From the NCBI GenBank assembly GCA_044229845.1, contig JBGASG010000003.1, positions 96,001-160,000 on the forward strand: a DNA stretch of 64,000 nt. The letters are read 5' to 3'. Both the position numbers and the translations under genes were made by a program. The notes beneath the pieces were generated by a model, which searched no databases, was not told the DNA's origin, and worked only from the letters and a program-made list of their open reading frames with translations. Origin of the DNA: Candidatus Obscuribacteraceae bacterium (GTDB lineage Bacteria > Cyanobacteriota > Vampirovibrionia > Obscuribacterales > Obscuribacteraceae). Below are positions 29,604 to 39,108 of the stretch, in pieces (the stretch's first letter is position 1; each line of letters starts with the position of its first letter).

Positions 29604-30875
29604 GTGCCGCGAGTTTCCTCATGCATGCTTAGACCGTCAGGGCTTTCAAATTTCCGCTTGCCAGCGTTGCTAGCGGCAGCGGTTTTGTTTGTGTCAGCCG
29701 CTGCTCAGGTACAGGCGGCACCCGGCACCTGGGAAACTCTCAAAAAGACCGGCGACGAAGCGCTCCAGGTCAACAATTACGGCGTTGCTGAACGCAACCT
29801 TCTCGCTGCAGTCAAAGAAGCTGAAAAGTTTGGCGACGGCGATATTCGCCTGGCAACAAGCTTGAAGGACTTGGCCGCTTACTACAAGATTCGTGGATTG
29901 TTCGCCAAAGCTGAGCCTCTTCTGGAGCGCGAGTTGCGTGTGCGCGAAAAATCGCAGGGCGCCGAACATCCAGATGTGGTAGCGAACGTAGCGCGTATGG
30001 TGCAGTTCTATTTGCAGCAAGGCAAGGTCGAGAAAGCCGAACGACTGAGCACCTTGTTGGTCAACTTCGCCGATCGAAAATTGAAAGAGCAGAAAACGCT
30101 GCGCGACCAGATCAACACCCTCAACAACTACTTCGAGAAACACCCCGGCTACAAAGATTCCAGCAAGATCATGAAACAACTGGAGTCCACGACCGGTAAA
30201 ACAGTGGCCAACCAGGATATGGAGTTTGCCACCAGCCTTGATACCGTCGCTATTTTGTTCAAGGGAAGAAACAAATACACGCTCGCCGAACAGCTCTATA
30301 AACGCGCACTCGAACTGCGTCTGCGCAACCTGCCACCGGGACATCTGGCGCTTGCCTTGAGCTACGACAACCTGGGTAGTCTCTTCGCCGCACAAGGACA
30401 AAATGCTCTCGCCGAACAAAACTTCAAAGCATCGTTGCAGGTAACCGAGCACACTCTTGATCTGACGCGACCAGACGTCTACGGACGGCTCGACAGCCTC
30501 GCTAAAGCCCATCTGAATCTGGGTGAGTTGACTGAAGCTGAAGCACTGTACAAGAAAGTGATTGCGCTGGTGCAGAAAGGTCCGCCGGCGAAAGGAGCCG
30601 TCGCTTGCGAATGCAATTACGCCCTCGGCAACATTTACATGAAGCAAGGCAGATATGCCGAGGCTGCCCCGCTCTTCAAGCGGTCGCTGGAATGCGCCGA
30701 ATACATCAACGGTCCCCAGCATGCTCAGGTAGCCACCATGTGTGATGCCTATGCAGCTGCTCTGCAGAATTCAAACCGATCGTCGGACGCCGCCAAGTTT
30801 CGCGAGCGCGCCCGCAGCATCAGAGGTTTCTCGTCAGAGCAGCAGCAAGTTTCATCGAAAGAGACGGACTTTTGA
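29604..30875 (+). CDS. Exported TPR protein
   Basis: Signal peptide; kinesin-light-chain-type TPRs (AEPLLER, AEQLYKRAL). Confidence 0.88.
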   Translation: MPRVSSCMLRPSGLSNFRLPALLAAAVLFVSAAAQVQAAPGTWETLKKTGDEALQVNNYGVAERNLLAAVKEAEKFGDGDIRLATSLKDLAAYYKIRGLFAKAEPLLERELRVREKSQGAEHPDVVANVARMVQFYLQQGKVEKAERLSTLLVNFADRKLKEQKTLRDQINTLNNYFEKHPGYKDSSKIMKQLESTTGKTVANQDMEFATSLDTVAILFKGRNKYTLAEQLYKRALELRLRNLPPGHLALALSYDNLGSLFAAQGQNALAEQNFKASLQVTEHTLDLTRPDVYGRLDSLAKAHLNLGELTEAEALYKKVIALVQKGPPAKGAVACECNYALGNIYMKQGRYAEAAPLFKRSLECAEYINGPQHAQVATMCDAYAAALQNSNRSSDAAKFRERARSIRGFSSEQQQVSSKETDF

Positions 30876-32431
30876 TGCGTAAGTTGCTGCCGGCGCTCCT
30901 GGCCGGACTCGTACTGGGAACCTCACAAGTTTCAGCCGCGGCGCAGAATGTCGTTTCTGCCGCCGGCGAAGAGCCGCAATTGAAGCCGGTCGAGGACATA
31001 GCCGCCGCCTGGCTCAGGCGCCCCGATTTGCAACAATCTTTGATTGGCCTCGAGATTTTGCACGTGCCGACCAACCGGGTACTTTTTTCAGCCAACGGGC
31101 GTCGCCGTTTCGTGCCGGCATCCACCTGTAAGGTGCTGACGACGGCCTGCGCCTTTGATGTCCTGGGTGGTGACTATCGCTACAAAACGCGCTTGCTGGC
31201 TGCCGGTCCGATCGAAAACGGACACTTGCACGGCTCTTTAATCCTGTCTCCCAGTCAAGATCCGTCCCTCAAGTTTACCGACCTGGTCAATCTATTGGGG
31301 GCGCTGAAAGCAGCCAGGATTCAGCAAGTTGACGGCACCGTCGAGATGACCCCGGTCGCGGGAGGCGGCGACAACTTTGCCACCGAGTGGGTGGTGCAGG
31401 ACTGGGGACAGGACTGGATGCCGCCCTCATCCGATCTGGTCGTCGAAAGCAATGTAGTATCGACCGCTCAAGCCGGCCGCGGGTTGATGCCGGTCGTCAA
31501 TGTGGGCGTCGATGCGGACAGCAGTGCCCTCACCAGCACTCTGATGCGTTCAGCTTGGGCTCCGGCCTGGGCGTCATACGATCGCGGCTCAGGCAAAGTG
31601 CGTCTCTATAAAGGCGTGGTCGGCTCAATAGGTTCGGCAGTCGTTGCCAACCCTGAGCAGTTTCATTTAGCCACCATCCGCAATTTGATTCGCGGCTCAG
31701 GAGTGAAACTCGGCGGTCAACAGATTGCCATCGCTCCGGAAGCATCACACATCGGCGAACACTGGTCCAAACCGCTAAGCGACCTGATTCGCCATACTCT
31801 CAAAGAGAGCGACAATCTCTACTCGCAGCAATTTTTGCGCACTCTGGGCGCGCAAGTTACCGTCAGCGGTAAAGGCGAGTCGTTAACTCTGGAAGAACGC
31901 GGATTGATCCGCCTCAATCAATGGATAGCCGGCCTGGGGGTTCCGCCAGGCGAAGCGGTGCTCTGGGACGGTTGCGGATTGTCTCGCAAGAACGGCATCA
32001 GCCCGCATGTATTGAACGCTGCGTTGCGCAAAATGTCCGGTCCGCGCGGCGACGGCGTCTATATATCGCTGCTGCCGCACAGCAGCGAGCCGCTAGAAAC
32101 TCCCGGCAGCTTCCGCTACAAGACAGGAGCGATGGACAGCGTGCGCGGCATCTCGGGTATTCTGCGCACTTCAGCCGGAGAGCCACTGGCGCTGACGGTG
32201 CTGGTCAACGCGCACTCGCCTTCCATACGAGAACTGCGCGGCAGCCTGCAAAACCTCGTCGATAAACTGGAAACGCTCGGTCCGCTCACTTTGCAGGCCG
32301 CGCAAGAAATGAAACTGCGTCCTCCCGCCCCACCGCGGGTCGCACCGGCCGCGGTGCGCAGGGCGCCGGTCAAACGCAACGCCGCCACCGGCAAACGTAG
32401 TTCCGTCCGAGGCGTTCGTCGACATCGCTAG
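30875..32431 (+). CDS. dacB: D-alanyl-D-alanine carboxypeptidase/endopeptidase (peptidase S13, PBP4)
   Basis: PASTCK (SxxK), ESDN, DGCGLSR and YKTG motifs. Confidence 0.9.
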   Translation: MRKLLPALLAGLVLGTSQVSAAAQNVVSAAGEEPQLKPVEDIAAAWLRRPDLQQSLIGLEILHVPTNRVLFSANGRRRFVPASTCKVLTTACAFDVLGGDYRYKTRLLAAGPIENGHLHGSLILSPSQDPSLKFTDLVNLLGALKAARIQQVDGTVEMTPVAGGGDNFATEWVVQDWGQDWMPPSSDLVVESNVVSTAQAGRGLMPVVNVGVDADSSALTSTLMRSAWAPAWASYDRGSGKVRLYKGVVGSIGSAVVANPEQFHLATIRNLIRGSGVKLGGQQIAIAPEASHIGEHWSKPLSDLIRHTLKESDNLYSQQFLRTLGAQVTVSGKGESLTLEERGLIRLNQWIAGLGVPPGEAVLWDGCGLSRKNGISPHVLNAALRKMSGPRGDGVYISLLPHSSEPLETPGSFRYKTGAMDSVRGISGILRTSAGEPLALTVLVNAHSPSIRELRGSLQNLVDKLETLGPLTLQAAQEMKLRPPAPPRVAPAAVRRAPVKRNAATGKRSSVRGVRRHR

Positions 32432-32462
32432 CGCAAAGAACACCAGACTCTGACAACCAGGC

Positions 32463-32510
32463 GCTGAACCTGTTTCAAGAGCTGAACCTGTTTCAAGAGC
32501 CTGAACCTGT
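32463..32510 (+). repeat. 18-bp tandem repeat (about 2.6 units, GCTGAACCTGTTTCAAGA)
   Basis: Directly visible in the sequence. Confidence 0.9.
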
Positions 32511-32513
32511 CAC

Positions 32514-32831
32514 GTGCTTAATCGTGTGTGCCCTTCATGCCAGTTTGTCCCGGGACGTTGTATCATCGGAAGCATACAGAAGCACAAGGAATTACTCTTG
32601 ACCCTCAAAGAACTAAAGCAAGCCATCGCCGACAACAAACTGCTCTGTCCCGAATGCCACAAACCGGTTTCACAGTTTGACAAGTTCAGCGAAGTGGAGG
32701 ACATCTGGGATGGTGCCGGAGATTCTCGCATCGATGCCAGCGGCAGATACAAGGTGACGCTGACGTGCACAACTCCGCCCTGTCAGTGGAAAGAGCGGAC
32801 TGAATACTGGAGAAACTATATTGAGGATTGA
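32514..32831 (+). CDS. Small hypothetical zinc-ribbon-like protein
   Basis: CPEC...CTTPPC; start uncertain. Confidence 0.6.
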   Translation: MLNRVCPSCQFVPGRCIIGSIQKHKELLLTLKELKQAIADNKLLCPECHKPVSQFDKFSEVEDIWDGAGDSRIDASGRYKVTLTCTTPPCQWKERTEYWRNYIED

Positions 32832-34065
32832 CTGGAGAAGCAGACTCAATCTCAAGCAGTGCTCACCAATTGCGGTGTCACTTCTGCTTTTCCTGTCGAC
32901 TGCCGATGCCGGCACGGCTCCTGCTCTGGGGCAGGAACCTCCCTATATGACGCAGGTGCGTGAGCACATCAACAAGGGCAATGGACTGCTCGGTCGCCGG
33001 CTGTTCGCTGAAGCGATAGGCGAATATCAGAAAGCGCTCGACCTCGATGCTTCGAACGTAGCCGCTCGCCACAACATTGCCGAGACCCATAATAACTGGG
33101 GCATCTACTGGTACGGCATGCGGAAATACAATGATGCCATGCGGGAGTGGGAGATCACTCTGGAACTGGAACCCAATCATTTCAATGCCAAACGCAATCT
33201 GGTTCTACTTAAGCAGTTCGCCGCACGTCAGGGCATAAAACTCGGACAACCGGCGCCTGAAAACAGCGCCGGCACTGACGAGCCAGGCAGCAGCGGACCG
33301 GGCGGCGCCGGTAGCAGCGGACCGGGCAGCGCCGGCACCGGCGGCAGTGGCGCCAGCCTGCGCGGCGGCGTCGCGGGCAACAACGCGCCGCCCAGAAGTG
33401 GTATGCAGGGCGGCAAAGAGGACACGACCGAACCATCAGCCGTCATGATTCTGACCCCTAACGTCAAGGTGGGCACTGGTGCATCCAGTTCCAGCGAGGA
33501 TGCCGGCACATCGACATCTACTGCCGGCGCCAATTCGGGCACCGGTGGTGGTGCTACCGGCAGCGGTTCCAGCGGTACAGCGGCAGCGGTCAGCACCACG
33601 TCCGGCCGGTCAGCATCCGCAGTACCGCAGGTCGACCCCAACGGCGGTCCAGACGACTTTGAAGTAGCGCAGCCGCCGGTGCAGGAAGAAGAGAAGCCAC
33701 CACCCAGCAAGTCGAAGAACAAGAAGAAACAGAAAGTGGCAGCGGCCGAAACGAAATCGACCGAGAACACCGGCAACGAGCAAACCAGCGCCAGTCAGCA
33801 GCCGGCCAAAACAGCAATTCCGGCCAATCTGCATTCGTCTTCCGCCTCGAACAAATGGGCCCCGGCGGTCACGAAATCTGCAGGCGGCGAAGAACCGACC
33901 ATCGAAGACGAGCTGAAACTTCTCGAGAATAAGGTTTATGGACAGGTACAGGATCTGCCGGTGCTGAAAAGACTGGAAAAACTCGAGAAAGACACCAGCG
34001 GCAAAGTTTCTTCAGGTCCGATTCGAGAGCGCATTCAGAACCTCAGGCAGCACTACGGAATCTGA
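32821..34065 (+). CDS. Exported TPR protein with Gly/Ser-rich linker
   Basis: Signal peptide, TPRs, low-complexity middle, C-terminal LENKVYG...RLEKLE module. Confidence 0.85.
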   Translation: MRIDWRSRLNLKQCSPIAVSLLLFLSTADAGTAPALGQEPPYMTQVREHINKGNGLLGRRLFAEAIGEYQKALDLDASNVAARHNIAETHNNWGIYWYGMRKYNDAMREWEITLELEPNHFNAKRNLVLLKQFAARQGIKLGQPAPENSAGTDEPGSSGPGGAGSSGPGSAGTGGSGASLRGGVAGNNAPPRSGMQGGKEDTTEPSAVMILTPNVKVGTGASSSSEDAGTSTSTAGANSGTGGGATGSGSSGTAAAVSTTSGRSASAVPQVDPNGGPDDFEVAQPPVQEEEKPPPSKSKNKKKQKVAAAETKSTENTGNEQTSASQQPAKTAIPANLHSSSASNKWAPAVTKSAGGEEPTIEDELKLLENKVYGQVQDLPVLKRLEKLEKDTSGKVSSGPIRERIQNLRQHYGI

Positions 34066-34075
34066 ATTGCGCTCA

Positions 34076-34996
34076 TCAGCTAAGCATCAGCAATCCAGAG
34101 GCTCTGGCAAATAGCGGATTGCCGCTCAGGCTGTAGCTGAGATGGCGTTCGTCCATAGACTCCAGAATGCAGCGCTGCAACAGCGGTCCCAGATCGCCAT
34201 GCAACAACTGCGCCGCCGACTGCGTAGCGAAAACTCCACCGGCGAAAAGGTAGTGAGAAATGGCATAGTCCTGCCGCAGCTTATCGGTGGACAGCAAGCG
34301 CTGCGGCAGTTGCGGCGGACGTTTGTCGTGCAGGAAATGCGCCACAACTTCGCCCAACAGCATCGAGAACAGCTCTAGTTTCTCGGATTCCAATTTCTCC
34401 CCGATAGCAGCCTTTTTCGCCACGCCGTCCAGAAAAGTTTCACCGGAATCTGAGAGGGCCATCACTGTACCGTCCTCAGCGAGGGTCATGAAAGATGCAC
34501 CGATCTCCAGACTGGCGGCATCTATCAGTTGCCCGTGGTGGAAGACCTGCGCGCTTACTGAATGAGCACCAACATCAACATGACAAACCGTTGCCTGCCT
34601 TGACTGCGACAAGCGATCGGCGTGATCGGCAAGCGCCGCTGCTGTTGCGGCAATCGACTCCTCAATGAAGAGGAAACGACCGTCGCTGACCAGACCTTCC
34701 ATCGCCGAAACGATCTGCAAACCGATTTCATCGGTGCATGCAGCCATGGAGAATTGCAGGTCGCTGAGTTGACCAAGAGCATTGCGCACCGCCGCCAGCG
34801 GCGCCTCCAGAAACTGTTCCGACTCGCAGACGTACTTTGTCTGACCGTCTGACTTCTCCACACCTTGCCCGGTCGCTCGCGCCACAAAAAATTTGGTCAG
34901 TCGCCTGCCCACATCGACACCAACACGCCGTCCAGGCTCGATCACTCCGGTCACCAGGTCCTCGTTGCTGCTCGGTCGAGATTGTAGCCTAATCAT
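34076..34996 (-). CDS. EutA-like (actin-fold reactivase) protein, shortened and degenerate
   Basis: VGVDVG; HVDVGA..V..VF..G..IDAASLEIG; FAGGV; GDLGPLL resemble EutA motifs. Confidence 0.65.
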   Translation of the reverse strand: MIRLQSRPSSNEDLVTGVIEPGRRVGVDVGRRLTKFFVARATGQGVEKSDGQTKYVCESEQFLEAPLAAVRNALGQLSDLQFSMAACTDEIGLQIVSAMEGLVSDGRFLFIEESIAATAAALADHADRLSQSRQATVCHVDVGAHSVSAQVFHHGQLIDAASLEIGASFMTLAEDGTVMALSDSGETFLDGVAKKAAIGEKLESEKLELFSMLLGEVVAHFLHDKRPPQLPQRLLSTDKLRQDYAISHYLFAGGVFATQSAAQLLHGDLGPLLQRCILESMDERHLSYSLSGNPLFARASGLLMLS

Positions 34997-35010
34997 TTAG
35001 TCGGCAAGTC

Positions 35011-36186
35011 TTGACCATTAATAAGGAAAAGCGTTTACTGATAGGGACGCTTTACCAGAAGTCACCCAAATCCACCGTGCAACAACAGCCGGCGACAACG
35101 CAATATCAAGAGGCAGCAGAACAGGGCGACCCCACTGCTCAAGCTCACTGGTATCATCGCGCGGCCGAGCAGGGTCATCCAAACGCTCAGTACAACCTCG
35201 CCCTCATGTATCAACAGGGACAGGGAGTGGACGTTAACCTGCCGCTGGCCACAGGCTGGTACCAGAAAGCGGCGGAAAAGGGACACACGAATGCCCAGTT
35301 CAACCTGGGATTAATCCTGCAACAGCGAGAGGATGCCGATAACCTCTCGGAGGCGGCGAGATGGTATCAGATGGCTGCCGACAGGGGACACATGTATGCA
35401 GCATTCAATCTGGCTCTTATGTATCACCAGGGCAAGGGAGTGCCGCTCGATTACGAGAAGGCCGCCGACTATTACAGTCGGGCCGCGCAGCACGGTCACG
35501 CCATCTCGCAATTCAATCTGGCGCTGATGTTTCACCAGGGGCGCGGCGTCGATCGCGACCCCAGCAAGGCGGCTCACCTGTATCGCCTGGCAGCGCAACA
35601 GGGGCATGTCACCTCGCAGTTCAACCTGGGACTGATGCTGCATCACGGTGACGGGGTGCGTCCGGATCTAAATGAGGCAGCGGCGCTCTATAAACAAGTC
35701 GCTGAGCACGGACATGCAACTGCCCAATTTGTGCTGGGCACGATGTTGCAACAGGGTGAAGGTGTTCCTCAAGATCACAAAGCTGCCGCATCCTGGTTTT
35801 TGCGAGCGGCCGAACAAGGTCACATGAAAGCACAATACGCGTACGCTCTGAAATTGAAGAAGGGCGAAGGTGTTGACCAGGATTTGAAAAACGCCATTCG
35901 CTGGTTCAGCAAGGCTGCCGACCAGGGATATCCGAAAGCGCTGTACAATCTGGGTTTCATGCTCCAGCACGGCGAAGGTGTGCCCAAAGATCCAGCCCGC
36001 GCAGCCCGAGCTTATCTGCAGGGAGCCGAACTAAATCACGCGCCGTCCCAGTTCAACCTGGCTCAAATGTACAGCGAAGGCGAAGGGATTCCAAAAGACA
36101 TCGATGAAGCAGCAAGATGGTACGCAAAAGCCGCGCAACAAGGTCACACCACGGCGCTCCAATCGCTCAGCGTCCTACACGAGTGA
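35011..36186 (+). CDS. Sel1-like repeat protein
   Basis: About nine AAEQGH..AQ(Y/F)NL(G/A).MY..G.GV repeats. Confidence 0.95.
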   Translation: MTINKEKRLLIGTLYQKSPKSTVQQQPATTQYQEAAEQGDPTAQAHWYHRAAEQGHPNAQYNLALMYQQGQGVDVNLPLATGWYQKAAEKGHTNAQFNLGLILQQREDADNLSEAARWYQMAADRGHMYAAFNLALMYHQGKGVPLDYEKAADYYSRAAQHGHAISQFNLALMFHQGRGVDRDPSKAAHLYRLAAQQGHVTSQFNLGLMLHHGDGVRPDLNEAAALYKQVAEHGHATAQFVLGTMLQQGEGVPQDHKAAASWFLRAAEQGHMKAQYAYALKLKKGEGVDQDLKNAIRWFSKAADQGYPKALYNLGFMLQHGEGVPKDPARAARAYLQGAELNHAPSQFNLAQMYSEGEGIPKDIDEAARWYAKAAQQGHTTALQSLSVLHE

Positions 36187-36220
36187 TCGCCCGCATCTAG
36201 ATTTTGATGTTCAGGCGGCA

Positions 36221-36862
36221 GTGACGCAGATCGGCAAACGCGATCCCGTTATGAAGAGTCTGATCAGCCAGGTAGGCGACTTCAAACTGGCGCCGACCGC
36301 CTGGCAGTCAACCTTTGAGGCGCTCGCCGAATCGATCGTCTACCAGCAACTCACCGGAAAAGCGGCGGCCACAATTTTCGGTCGGGTGAAGAAACTGTTT
36401 CACGAACAAGACTTTTTCACTCCTCAGGAAATCCTGGCGGCCAGTGAAGAGCAATTGCGGTCAGCGGGACTGTCGCGAGCAAAGACGCTGGCACTCAAAG
36501 ATCTGGCGCTAAAAACCAGTCAAGGTCTTGTGCCTGCCGCCGAAGAATTGCACGTTCTGAACGATGACGAGATTGTAAAAAAGCTGGTGTCGATTCGGGG
36601 AATCGGGAAGTGGACGGTGCAAATGCTTTTGATCTTTCGTCTCGGTAAACCTGACGTGCTGCCGGTCGACGATTATGGAATTCGCAAAGGCTTCGCGCTG
36701 GTCTACGGGCAGGCAGAACTGCCCAAGCCGAAAGAGCTGGAGTCTTTTGGAGAGATCTGGCGCCCCTACCGCACAGTGGCATCATGGTATCTCTGGCGAG
36801 CGCTGGAGCTGCCACCAGATGTAGCAGCAGCCTGCAGCCGCACAAGGCGCCATCGCCGGTAG
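36221..36862 (+). CDS. DNA-3-methyladenine glycosylase (AlkA/HhH-GPD family)
   Basis: SIVYQQLTGKAA, RGIGKWT, DVLPVDDYGIR and WRPYRTVASWYLW motifs; start uncertain. Confidence 0.92.
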   Translation: MTQIGKRDPVMKSLISQVGDFKLAPTAWQSTFEALAESIVYQQLTGKAAATIFGRVKKLFHEQDFFTPQEILAASEEQLRSAGLSRAKTLALKDLALKTSQGLVPAAEELHVLNDDEIVKKLVSIRGIGKWTVQMLLIFRLGKPDVLPVDDYGIRKGFALVYGQAELPKPKELESFGEIWRPYRTVASWYLWRALELPPDVAAACSRTRRHRR

Positions 36863-36864
36863 TA

Positions 36865-38106
36865 TCAGCCTTTGACCACCACCACTTGCCGCAAACGGTG
36901 AACAATCTCCACCAGATCGCTCTGGGCTTCCATTACCGCATCAATCGGCTTGTAGGCGCCGGGAGTTTCATCTATCACTTCAGCATCCTTACGGCATTCG
37001 ATGCCGTCGGTCGCTTTGATGTGATCCTCCAATGAGAATTGTTTTTTGGCTTGTGAGCGCGACATCAACCGTCCCGCTCCATGACTGCAACTCTCAAATG
37101 AATCAGGATTGCCCAGCCCCCGCACGATAAACGACGACGCACCCATGCTTCCCGGAATGATTCCCCACTCCCCGAGTCCGGCTCGCACCGCCCCTTTGCG
37201 AGTCACCAGCACATCGCTGCCGAAATGCTGTTCCTTCTGCACATAGTTGTGGTGGCAGTTGATCACTTTCTCCGTGGCCGAGAAGGACGGCAGGTGAGGT
37301 TCGTTAGCCAGCGCCGTCAACACGGCATCCAGCATCAAGGCGCGATTCGTGGCGGCAAAATCCTGTGCCCAGCCGACTGCCCGCACATAGTCATCGAAAT
37401 GGTCGGCGCCTTCTTTGAAATAAGCCAGATCTTGGTCGGGCAAGTCGGCAAGGTGCTTGCGCATGTCCTTTTTGGCCAGCTCGATGAAATAAGTGCCGAT
37501 GCGATTGCCGACACCGCGGGAACCGCTGTGCAGAAGTACCCATACACAATTGTCTTCATCCAGGCAAACTTCGATGAAATGGTTACCTGTTCCGAGCGTA
37601 CCCAAATGATTGATGTGGTTGACATGCCCGTTATCCAGCTTCGGATGACGCTCTGTGATCTGCTTGTAACCCTGCTGCAGCCGGCTCCAGGCTTTGATCT
37701 GATCCTTGGGTGGGCTGTTCCAGGCGCCGCGATCGGCTTTGCCACCACCAGCGGTGCGACCGTGCGGGACGGCTCTTTCGATGGCCGTTCGTAGAGAACT
37801 GAGATCGTCCGGTAGATCTTCGGCTTTCAATGTCGTCTGGCAGGCCACCATGCCGCACCCGATATCGACACCAACCGCAGCGGGAATAATGGCACTGATA
37901 GTCGGAATGACGCTGCCGACAGTTGCTCCCATGCCCCAGTGCACATCAGGCATGACAGCGATCCACTTGTAAATAATCGGCAGACTGGCAACGTTGTTCA
38001 GCTGCTTTTCCGCTTCCTTCTCCAACGCCACGCCTTTCACCCAGGCCTTGATGGGAACGCGGCCGTGACCGGACAGCTCGATGTAGTTGGAGGTCGATGA
38101 TTTCAT
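36865..38106 (-). CDS. rtcB: RNA-splicing ligase RtcB
   Basis: MPDVH, GVDIGCG, GTGNHFIE, HSGSRG, HHNY, RKGA, PGSMG, HGAGR and DETPGAYK motifs. Confidence 0.97.
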   Translation of the reverse strand: MKSSTSNYIELSGHGRVPIKAWVKGVALEKEAEKQLNNVASLPIIYKWIAVMPDVHWGMGATVGSVIPTISAIIPAAVGVDIGCGMVACQTTLKAEDLPDDLSSLRTAIERAVPHGRTAGGGKADRGAWNSPPKDQIKAWSRLQQGYKQITERHPKLDNGHVNHINHLGTLGTGNHFIEVCLDEDNCVWVLLHSGSRGVGNRIGTYFIELAKKDMRKHLADLPDQDLAYFKEGADHFDDYVRAVGWAQDFAATNRALMLDAVLTALANEPHLPSFSATEKVINCHHNYVQKEQHFGSDVLVTRKGAVRAGLGEWGIIPGSMGASSFIVRGLGNPDSFESCSHGAGRLMSRSQAKKQFSLEDHIKATDGIECRKDAEVIDETPGAYKPIDAVMEAQSDLVEIVHRLRQVVVVKG

Positions 38107-38219
38107 AAATCCCTGCCATAACAGTGGAGTTAATTGTTCCACAAGTTAACTGCGCCACTGCTTGTGGAACAAAGATAGAGCGCCTGGCCTATCCGCATAA
38201 CGTGAAAGTTTCTTGCCAA

Positions 38220-38762
38220 ATGAGCGATTCCGAGCAAGTTTTGGATTTCAGCCCTGAACCACCCGCCCAGCAACGCACTCGCTCTCTAGTGGTCGAGCTA
38301 CTGGTACGGCAAGCTCTGGCCGGCGAAGACTGGCAAACCAAAAGCGCCAACCTCATCCAGACGCATAATATCGACCCCGATGAGGTCGAACGTGAACTGG
38401 CAAAGCGCAAAGACCGGCGCAGCGGGCGCAGCGAACCAGGATCGCAGCGACGCGCTCGTGTCTTGACCGAAGTTCTCAGAGAAATGCCCGCTGACGCCCC
38501 ACGAGAGGAAATCGTAGCGGCATTCAAGACAAGATATAGCCAACCGGATCGGCGGCGCTCCAATGACAAGCCCCAGACGGCGGCCGCCGATGTCCCCACC
38601 ACCCCTGAAACCGCCGTGGAGCCCACTCCACAGCCCCAGGCGGAAAGCTCAAGTGATATCGCTTCAGCAGCGGCACCCTCGGCACCGGACGGTAATCAAG
38701 AAACAAAAGCAGACGAAAACAAGAAGCCGTGGTGGAAACGTGTTATGTTCTGGATAAAATAA
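38220..38762 (+). CDS. Hypothetical protein
   Basis: 180-aa ORF ending in a KKPWWKR tail; contains one palindrome copy in frame. Confidence 0.75.
   Translation: MSDSEQVLDFSPEPPAQQRTRSLVVELLVRQALAGEDWQTKSANLIQTHNIDPDEVERELAKRKDRRSGRSEPGSQRRARVLTEVLREMPADAPREEIVAAFKTRYSQPDRRRSNDKPQTAAADVPTTPETAVEPTPQPQAESSSDIASAAAPSAPDGNQETKADENKKPWWKRVMFWIK
38648..38667. repeat. 20-bp palindrome copy inside a CDS
   Basis: CTCAAGTGATATCGCTTCAG, identical to 29451-29470. Confidence 0.85.
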
Positions 38763-38808
38763 CCAGTACAGTTCGCTACGGTTTGTACGTTTCTGCGGAA
38801 GTGAAAGC

Positions 38809-39090
38809 TTGGAAGTCGCTCTCATATTTTTGGCCATAGTCGTCGGTTTTGGCTTGCTGATCGTCACGCCGGCCATTGTGTTTCGTCCGCTCGTGATTGC
38901 ACTGGCAGACAGGATCGCGGGCAAGAAAGCCGGCAACGCAGATATCAGAGAGCTCAAAGAACGCGTTGCAAGACTGGAAGGCGAACTGATGGAAGTGCGC
39001 TGCACTGTGATCGAAATTGAGAACACGCATGAGTTCACCAAGAAACTCACGGATGAGAATCAGCGGCCGACCACCAGCCGCACCGAATAG
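38809..39090 (+). CDS. Small membrane-anchored coiled-coil protein
   Basis: N-terminal TM helix followed by ELKERVARLE. Confidence 0.7.
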   Translation: MEVALIFLAIVVGFGLLIVTPAIVFRPLVIALADRIAGKKAGNADIRELKERVARLEGELMEVRCTVIEIENTHEFTKKLTDENQRPTTSRTE

Positions 39091-39108
39091 CCGCACCGAA
39101 TCATCGTT

